DNA of 64,000 bases from Alphaproteobacteria bacterium. GTDB lineage: Bacteria; Pseudomonadota; Alphaproteobacteria; Rickettsiales; SXRF01. The first letter of the stretch is position 1, and every line of letters starts with the position of its first letter. This document shows, piece by piece, positions 56,341-64,000 of this stretch. The notes beneath the pieces are model-generated. The model did not search any database and had not been told where the DNA came from. It saw only the letters and a list, made by a program, of their open reading frames with translations. The stretch is from contig JANYBV010000031.1 of the NCBI GenBank assembly GCA_025360605.1, positions 3,063 through 67,062 of the forward strand, in the 5' to 3' direction. The position numbers were made by a program, and so were the translations under genes.

Positions 56341-56883
56341 TTATTTACCTACCGTTTTTACCGGAAAAAACGTATATGACAATGTAATTGTTGAGATGTT
56401 TTTCATTTCCGGATCATCGGCGATGCTCGGGTCGATGTAAAACAGTACCGGCATGTTAACCTTTTGAGCCGGCTGGAGGGTTTGCTCCTTAAAACAGAAG
56501 CAGGCAATCTTAACAAAATAACTGCCAGCGGAAAAAGGGATGACATTATACATAGCGCGGCCGGTAATGGTGTGGGTGCTTTTATTTTCGGCGGTGAAAT
56601 GGGTCAGGGTTTGCTGCCCGACTTTCACTTTGATCTGCGGGACCCCAGCCTTAAACACCCACGGCAGGGTGGGGTCAGTATCGGCATTGAAGCGCACGGT
56701 GATCTCGCGGTCGAGTACATGGTCGGGGGCGTGCGCGGATTCCTGTGTGGTTCCGCCGTAGCCGGTAACCTTGCAGAACAGGCGGTACAGTGGCACCGAG
56801 GCATAGGATAATGCCAGCATGCCAATCACCACCATCAGCAGGTTGATGGCAAGCGACAGGTTTTTATTCGATGGGCTAGGCAT
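56341..56883 (-). CDS. ctaG: cytochrome c oxidase assembly protein CtaG/Cox11
   Basis: 'YASVPLYRLFCKVTGYGGT' and the copper-binding 'CFCF'. Confidence 0.9.
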   Translation of the reverse strand: MPSPSNKNLSLAINLLMVVIGMLALSYASVPLYRLFCKVTGYGGTTQESAHAPDHVLDREITVRFNADTDPTLPWVFKAGVPQIKVKVGQQTLTHFTAENKSTHTITGRAMYNVIPFSAGSYFVKIACFCFKEQTLQPAQKVNMPVLFYIDPSIADDPEMKNISTITLSYTFFPVKTVGK

Positions 56884-56907
56884 GGGTATAATCCTGAAGC
56901 CTTGGGG

Positions 56908-57036
56908 TTATGCTCCGGCTTTCATCCGCATGATGCTGATGCAGTAGACAAGCACCATGAGTGCCAGCAGCACCACAAGCAACGCCATGTTTTTACGCTT
57001 TTGGGCCTTATGGAGGTCGCTGGGGGGTAACGGCAT
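56908..57036 (-). CDS. possible 42-aa single-TM protein
   Basis: The ATG 57036 version (MPLPPSDLHKAQKRKNMALLVVLLALMVLVYCISIM...) avoids clashing with the 53-aa ORF. No SD, so weak. Confidence 0.3.
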   Translation of the reverse strand: MPLPPSDLHKAQKRKNMALLVVLLALMVLVYCISIMRMKAGA

Positions 57037-57043
57037 GGGGGAA

Positions 57044-57205
57044 TTATTTTTTTTCTTCGCGGGTCTGACGGACAAAATCCAGAACAAGAAGCAAAAACAA
57101 CGTAAAAAGACTGCCCAATACAAAGCTGGCTCCCATCAGGTAGATGCTGCTCTGCGTCACCTGCATCATCGTCTGGGTAGCTTCAGGACTTAAGTGTTTT
57201 TCCAT
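57044..57205 (-). CDS. 53-aa single-TM protein in the cta operon (below the ORF-track cutoff)
   Basis: Hand-translated: MEKHLSPEATQTMMQVTQSSIYLMGASFVLGSLFTLFLLLVLDFVRQTREEKK, stop TAA at 57044-57046. AAGGAG lies 6 nt upstream of ATG 57205. Confidence 0.55.
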   Translation of the reverse strand: MEKHLSPEATQTMMQVTQSSIYLMGASFVLGSLFTLFLLLVLDFVRQTREEKK

Positions 57206-57229
57206 CAGTGACTCCTTGTTGTGCTAAGC

Positions 57230-58156
57230 TCAGCGAACATGCTGCGCCCACCATCCATCTAACATCATGACAGTGAATAGCATAAAAAGATAATAAATGG
57301 AAAAGCCAAATGTTTTCTTCGCCCAGCGGTCGGTGGTGTCAGCCTGTGTTTTATACACATGCGCGAGAAACACCGCACCGAGTATGGCAGCGTTAGCGGT
57401 ATAAATAAGGCCGCCAATATTTAGCAGCGGGAGCGACAGGGTGGTGGCCAGCAGTAACCATGTGTAGAATATCATCTGGCGTTTGGTGGATTTTGCACCT
57501 GCGACCACGGGCATCATCGGCACGCCGGCTTTGGCGTAATCGCCGTTACGGTAGAGCGCCAGCGCCCAGAAATGCGGAGGGGTCCACAGGAAAATAATGG
57601 CAAAGAGAATCACCGATGTAAGGGAAATATCACCCGTTACGGCCGCCCAGCCGATCATCGGCGGGAAGGCACCGGCGGCACCGCCAATGACGATGTTTTG
57701 CGGGGTGCTGCGCTTGAGCCACATGGTGTAGATTATAACGTAAAAAGCAATGGCACCGGCCAGCAGTACGGCGGCGACAGTGTTGAGCGCCAGACTCATC
57801 AACATGACCGAAGCGGCAGCGAGGAACAGGCCAAACGCCAGCGCGTCATCGGGGGCGATGCGTCCGCAGGGGACGGGGCGTTTTTGCGTGCGTTTCATGA
57901 TGGCATCGATATCGCGGTCATACCACATGTTCATGGCAGCTCCCGCACCCGATGCCAGTGCGATACAGAACAGCGTCATTACCTGTTGTAAGGGGTGCAG
58001 ATAAACACCGGTCTGGAACTCGGCGAGCAACATGCCGGCAAGTCCGGTGAAGACCACCAGCGACATCACCCCTGGTTTCATCAGCGTGATGTAGTCGCGG
58101 ACAGAAGATATCTCGGGGATGACAGACGATGATGCGAACGTGGCCGTTGAAGTCAT
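57230..58156 (-). CDS. ctaB: protoheme IX farnesyltransferase (heme O synthase)
   Basis: UbiA-fold protein. 'MNMWYDRDIDAIMKRTQKRP' motif. Sits within the cta cluster. Confidence 0.95.
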   Translation of the reverse strand: MTSTATFASSSVIPEISSVRDYITLMKPGVMSLVVFTGLAGMLLAEFQTGVYLHPLQQVMTLFCIALASGAGAAMNMWYDRDIDAIMKRTQKRPVPCGRIAPDDALAFGLFLAAASVMLMSLALNTVAAVLLAGAIAFYVIIYTMWLKRSTPQNIVIGGAAGAFPPMIGWAAVTGDISLTSVILFAIIFLWTPPHFWALALYRNGDYAKAGVPMMPVVAGAKSTKRQMIFYTWLLLATTLSLPLLNIGGLIYTANAAILGAVFLAHVYKTQADTTDRWAKKTFGFSIYYLFMLFTVMMLDGWWAQHVR

Positions 58157-58181
58157 GGTCTGTCACCCGTTGATGGTAGTG

Positions 58182-59813
<1,632 letters not shown>

Positions 59814-59832
59814 CTATATCGATTCTGTGTAT

Positions 59833-60870
59833 TTATTCGGATTCTTTTTCAGATGGGGTGGATTTTTCAGATTTGGTGTCGTCTGAATCGGCGGCATCGT
59901 CATCAGTTTTTTCAATAGGCGCTTTGGTCTTTTTAGCTGTTTCCTTGGTGCCGGCGCTGGTGGAAAGCTTGGCATTTTTGGCAGCTGCTTTGTCCATTTT
60001 TGGGGATTTAGCCGGTGATGCGTCCGATTTTTCCTTGGTTGAGGGGGGTGCCTTAGCTGCAGGTTCACCGGCAATACCACCATCCTGTTTTTTCTTGTTC
60101 ACCCACGCATTGAAATCGTCTTTGCTGACAACTTCAACCACCACAGGCATGAACCCGTGTCCTACGCCGCAAAGCTGCGAACACTGGCCGTAGAAGGTGC
60201 CGATTTTAGTGGCTTCGAACCATGTTTCGTTGAGGCGGCCCGGAACGGCGTCTTTTTTAACACCGAAGGCAGGCACGGCCCATGAATGGATGACGTCCGC
60301 ACCGGTGATCTGCACGCGTACTTTCGTATCTACCGGCACGACGAGGCGGTTATCCACGGAAAGCTGGCGGTGATCGGTTGGTTTCAGGTCGGCACCTTTG
60401 AGGATGTAGCTGTCGAAACCGAAGCCACCGTTATCAGGATAGTCATAGTGCCAGTACCACTGGTAACCGACGACTTTGACGGTGAGGGTGGTATCAACAG
60501 GGCGTTGCATGAAATAGTGCAGGCGCAGCGACGGAATGGCGATGGCCACGAGAATCAAAATAGGGATGGTGGTCCAGATAATTTCCAGTTTAGTATTATG
60601 CGTGGTTTTGCTGGCGACCGGATTGGCTTTACGGTTAAAGCGCAGGCAAATATACGCCATCACGATAAACACAAGCACAGTGATGAGGGTAATGACTATC
60701 AGCAACACTGAATGCAGGTCATAGAGTTTTTCCATAACGGGTGTGACGGGAGGCTGAAAATTCAGCTGGTAGGGTTTTGCCATACCCTCGTAACCGGCAG
60801 ATTCTGCGAAGGCATTGAAAGCGGCTGAAGCGAAAGAAACAAAGGCGGCAAGCGGGAAAAGTTTTTTCAT
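59833..60870 (-). CDS. ctaC: cytochrome c oxidase subunit II with a low-complexity C-terminal tail
   Basis: Signal 'MKKLFPLAAFVSFASAAFNAFA'. CuA site 'HSWAVP...CSQLCGVGHGFM'. Start ATG 60870; the track start 61011 overlaps tldD. Confidence 0.95.
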   Translation of the reverse strand: MKKLFPLAAFVSFASAAFNAFAESAGYEGMAKPYQLNFQPPVTPVMEKLYDLHSVLLIVITLITVLVFIVMAYICLRFNRKANPVASKTTHNTKLEIIWTTIPILILVAIAIPSLRLHYFMQRPVDTTLTVKVVGYQWYWHYDYPDNGGFGFDSYILKGADLKPTDHRQLSVDNRLVVPVDTKVRVQITGADVIHSWAVPAFGVKKDAVPGRLNETWFEATKIGTFYGQCSQLCGVGHGFMPVVVEVVSKDDFNAWVNKKKQDGGIAGEPAAKAPPSTKEKSDASPAKSPKMDKAAAKNAKLSTSAGTKETAKKTKAPIEKTDDDAADSDDTKSEKSTPSEKESE

Positions 60871-61009
60871 TCGTGACCTTAATAATAGCTTTTGATGCTG
60901 GACATTATCATTAAATAAGTGGTTTTTGTAATCTTTCCTTGAGCCTAGTGCAATATTTTTTGTATGATAGTTTCCTAACCCGCTTTTCAATGTGTTAAAG
61001 GTTTCCCCC

Positions 61010-62452
61010 ATGACCGATGTTCACCAGCTCGATGAGTTGTTTTTTGTTCGCACTCATATGGATAAGCACCGCGTGCAGCGGATGGTCGCGGAAACGCTGG
61101 CGGGAATGGATGACGGCGAGCTGTTTTTAGAGTATTGCCAGTCGGAAAGCCTGCTGCTTGATGACGGAAAGCTTAAGAATGCCAGTTTTAATACCTCGCA
61201 GGGGTTTGGCCTGCGTTCGGTGCTGGGCGAGGCGGCGGCGTATGCCCATGCGTCGGAACTGAGCGAGGCGGCATTGCTACGCGCTACCGACACCGCACGG
61301 GCCGTGCGTTATGGTCAGGACAGTGTTCAGGCACTGACTCCTCCGCCGTTTGGCACCAATACCCAGCTCTACGGCGATGTTAACCCGTTACGTGAAGTGG
61401 CATTCGCCCATAAAATCGAATTGCTGCAAAAAATCGATGCCTATGTACGCTCGAAGGATGCGCGGGTCAAACAGGTGTCCGCTTCCTTAAGCGGGCAGTG
61501 GCAGGCGGTGCAGATTATGAAAGCCGATGGCAGCAGCGCAGGTGATATCCGCCCTTTGGTGCGCCTGAATGTCAGTGTATTGGTCGAGCATAATGGCCGC
61601 ATGGAAAATGGTTCCGCCGGAGCGGGCGGGCGCATGGGTTACGCGCAATATATTAGTGAAGCGCATTGGCACAAGTTGGCCGATGAAGCGCTGCGGCAGG
61701 CACTGGTGAACCTTGAAGCGGTTCCGGCTCCTGCAGGGGAGATGCAGGTGGTGCTGGGGTCGGGCTGGTGCGGCGTTTTGTTGCATGAAGCCATTGGCCA
61801 CGGGTTGGAAGGCGATTTCAACCGCAAGGGCACCTCGGCTTTTTCAGGCCTGATGGGCAAGCAGGTGGCGTCCAAAGGAGTGACGGTGGTGGATGACGGC
61901 ACGCTGCCGGATCGCCGCGGCTCCATTTCCATTGATGACGAAGGCACGCCTTCAAGCCGCACCGTGCTGATCGAAGACGGCATCCTGACTGGCTACATTC
62001 AGGACCGTTTGAATGCGCGCCTGATGAATATGCGTGCCACTGGCAACGGCCGGCGCGAAAGTTTCGCTTCGCAGCCGATGCCGCGCATGACCAACACCTA
62101 TATGTTATCGGGCAAAGACAAGCGTGAGGACATGATCGCCTCGGTGAAAAACGGGATTTACGCGGCGCATTTAGGCGGCGGGCAGGTGGATATCACCTCG
62201 GGCAAATTCGTATTTTCCGCCTCGGAAGCGTACCTGATCGAAAACGGCAAAATAACCCAGCCGGTCAAGGGTGCCACCCTGATTGGCAACGGCCCCGACT
62301 GCTTAACCAAAGTGCGCGGCGTGGGTGACGATTCCTGTCTGGATGATGGTGTAGGCACCTGCGGCAAAGCGGGGCAGAGCGTGCCTGTGGGGGTTGGCCA
62401 GCCTACATTGTTGATTGATGGTCTGACGGTGGGTGGTACGGCGGTTGGCTAA
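61010..62452 (+). CDS. tldD: metalloprotease TldD
   Basis: 'HEAIGHGLE' zinc motif. About 480 aa. Confidence 0.95.
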   Translation: MTDVHQLDELFFVRTHMDKHRVQRMVAETLAGMDDGELFLEYCQSESLLLDDGKLKNASFNTSQGFGLRSVLGEAAAYAHASELSEAALLRATDTARAVRYGQDSVQALTPPPFGTNTQLYGDVNPLREVAFAHKIELLQKIDAYVRSKDARVKQVSASLSGQWQAVQIMKADGSSAGDIRPLVRLNVSVLVEHNGRMENGSAGAGGRMGYAQYISEAHWHKLADEALRQALVNLEAVPAPAGEMQVVLGSGWCGVLLHEAIGHGLEGDFNRKGTSAFSGLMGKQVASKGVTVVDDGTLPDRRGSISIDDEGTPSSRTVLIEDGILTGYIQDRLNARLMNMRATGNGRRESFASQPMPRMTNTYMLSGKDKREDMIASVKNGIYAAHLGGGQVDITSGKFVFSASEAYLIENGKITQPVKGATLIGNGPDCLTKVRGVGDDSCLDDGVGTCGKAGQSVPVGVGQPTLLIDGLTVGGTAVG

Positions 62453-63174
62453 ATAATCTCGCCCGCTAAAATCCGTTCCACATACGCTGGAACGGTCTGG
62501 GTGGCGGGGCCGTAGATGCCTTCATGAAACAGCGAATGCCCGCTCGACGGTTCCATGTTAATTTCCACCGTGTGGGCTTTACGGTTCATGCGTGCCTCGC
62601 GGACAAATCCCGCCGCCGGATAGACATTGCCCGACGTGCCGATTGAGATAAACAGGTCGCACTCGGCCAGCACATGCTGGATCATGCCCATGTAGAGCGG
62701 CATTTCCCCAAACCATACGATATGCGGGCGCAGGCGGCCTGCTTTCTGGCAGCAGGGGCAGGGCGTATCCACCGTCATATCCACGTCCCAGTCGAACACC
62801 TCATCGCTGGCGCTGCATCGTGCTTTGTGCAGTTCGCCGTGCATGTGCCATAGTTTCCCTCCGCTGTGGATGAGGGCGGCGCGGTCATGCAGATCATCGA
62901 CATTCTGCGTGACGACAAACACGCGCCCGTTCCACTGTGAGGCGAGTTGCGCCAGCGCCAGATGGGCGGCGTTGGGATGCGCTTCTTTGAGTTGGGCGCG
63001 GCGCTGGTTATAGAACTCATGCACCAGTGACGGATTGCGGACAAAGGCTTCGGGTGTGGCCACATCCTCGACGCGGTGGTTGCACCACAGGCCGTTATTG
63101 TCACGGAAGGTGGCAAGGCCGGACTCGGCGGAAACGCCTGCGCCGGTGAGAATAACGATGGTTGGGTCGGTCAT
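62449..63174 (-). CDS. cobB: NAD-dependent protein deacylase (Sir2 family)
   Basis: '[10 protein letters not shown]', 'QNVDDLH' and a zinc ribbon 'C..S...CPCC'. Confidence 0.9.
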   Translation of the reverse strand: MTDPTIVILTGAGVSAESGLATFRDNNGLWCNHRVEDVATPEAFVRNPSLVHEFYNQRRAQLKEAHPNAAHLALAQLASQWNGRVFVVTQNVDDLHDRAALIHSGGKLWHMHGELHKARCSASDEVFDWDVDMTVDTPCPCCQKAGRLRPHIVWFGEMPLYMGMIQHVLAECDLFISIGTSGNVYPAAGFVREARMNRKAHTVEINMEPSSGHSLFHEGIYGPATQTVPAYVERILAGEII

Positions 63175-63222
63175 GGCCGAAGCCTAGCCGTTCACTGTGT
63201 GATGATCAATAGGAGGGTGATA

Positions 63223-63564
63223 TCAGGTAGCGTTTTTACGCTTCATGTCGTCGATAGCTTTGAGGAGCTGGTCTTCGTAATCATCACGCACGCCATAGTC
63301 GCGCTGCATCATGATACGGACATCTTCGGGGACATCGATGCCTTCGCCTGCTTCTAAAATAGTGCCATAATCGACCAGATTCAACGTGCCGCTGTCATAG
63401 GCTTTTTTAAACGATTCTGCCATGCTTGGCTTGAGGCATAGATACGCCCAGAAATTACGTTTGTATTTATCCTTACCACGGCAAAGTATGACGATAGTAC
63501 ACAATAAATCCGCCATGGACTGGGGGGAAAGGGGCGGCGGTGTAATGTGAACCGTGGTACTCAT
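63223..63564 (-). CDS. small hypothetical protein, 'DYG' family paralog 3
   Basis: 113 aa. 'LNLVDYGTILEAGEGIDVPEDV'. Starts 13 nt after the stop of the upstream 115-aa ORF. Confidence 0.6.
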   Translation of the reverse strand: MSTTVHITPPPLSPQSMADLLCTIVILCRGKDKYKRNFWAYLCLKPSMAESFKKAYDSGTLNLVDYGTILEAGEGIDVPEDVRIMMQRDYGVRDDYEDQLLKAIDDMKRKNAT

Positions 63565-63577
63565 TGCGTGTTAATTC

Positions 63578-63925
63578 CTATCCGATAAATGTGCCTTTGA
63601 CGGAACCCATGTTGGGTAACAGGGCCATTGAAGTGTCATCGCGCTGGATAACGTTATTCTGTTTACTCACCTTCTCCGTAACCACGCGTAATTCATTGGG
63701 GCCGACCTGTTCCTTGGTGTCTTTGCGGATCATGTTGCCTTCGGGTGATGTTCTCATGCCACCGGCAGTGACGACAGCGGCCATAGTCTGTTCGGACGGG
63801 GTGCTTTCAAGTTTGACAGCGGCGAGTTTGCGGGAAAGAAGATCGGTTTGTGCGCCGAGACTTCCGATTGTTTGCGCGTTAATCGGGGGCATAGCGCCAG
63901 CGGTATCGTCAAAACCAGTTACCAT
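63578..63925 (-). CDS. hypothetical 115-aa protein
   Basis: ORF immediately upstream of paralog 3 on the same strand. No recognisable domain. Confidence 0.5.
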   Translation of the reverse strand: MVTGFDDTAGAMPPINAQTIGSLGAQTDLLSRKLAAVKLESTPSEQTMAAVVTAGGMRTSPEGNMIRKDTKEQVGPNELRVVTEKVSKQNNVIQRDDTSMALLPNMGSVKGTFIG

Positions 63926-64000
63926 CGAAATTCCCCCGTTATGCTATTCGAATTCTTTTATTATTATAAGTATTATACCCGCTTCAGATTAAACATTGGT

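Overview
This 64-kb window (about 50% GC) looks like a compact alphaproteobacterial chromosome. Supporting this are a mitochondrial-type aa3 oxidase cluster (ctaC-ctaD-ctaB-ctaG-ctaE plus DUF983), a MidA/NDUFAF7-like methyltransferase and a two-domain MaeB. No rRNA, CRISPR array, integrase or transposase was seen. There is one tRNA, Gly-GCC at 41515-41589 on the minus strand.

Housekeeping content: mreC-mreD-mrdA; an arginine-succinyltransferase-pathway fragment (aldehyde dehydrogenase, astE-like, astB); an SDR; LOG; recJ; cysT-cysW-cysA-pgsA; lgt-midA-pgeF-ilvE; coaBC-dut-rrf2-cysK-thiF; mutS; maeB; tldD; cobB. Gene junctions are very tight, with ATGA/GTGA start-stop overlaps and several convergent pairs sharing overlapping stop codons.

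Two accessory segments consist mostly of ORFans:
- 1.1-5.5 kb holds a pilin-like gene, an internally duplicated 829-aa protein and a 2OG oxygenase.
- About 26.0-41.5 kb abuts the 3' end of tRNA-Gly.

The strongest candidate for a new system is the minus-strand operon at 33979-39949. It encodes a 1125-aa low-complexity helical protein, a MotA/ExbB-type channel with a long coiled-coil tail (ZorA-like architecture), a MotB/OmpA-type stator subunit and a proline-rich single-pass protein. None of the known partners of Zorya, flagellar, Tol or Ton systems is present.

Other notable items:
- A family of three small paralogous proteins (DYG...G.G..P.D motif), two of them the second gene of bicistronic ORFan modules.
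- Two orphan type IV pilin paralogs.
- A stand-alone C-terminal fragment of an MmeI-family RM enzyme.
- A decayed duplicate of the LOG gene and its upstream region hidden in a 530-bp 'intergenic' gap.
- A secreted (GKKHH)n histidine-rich protein.
- Unannotated small ORFs and subunit extensions in the cox cluster.

All homology statements come from by-eye motif recognition. No database search was possible.
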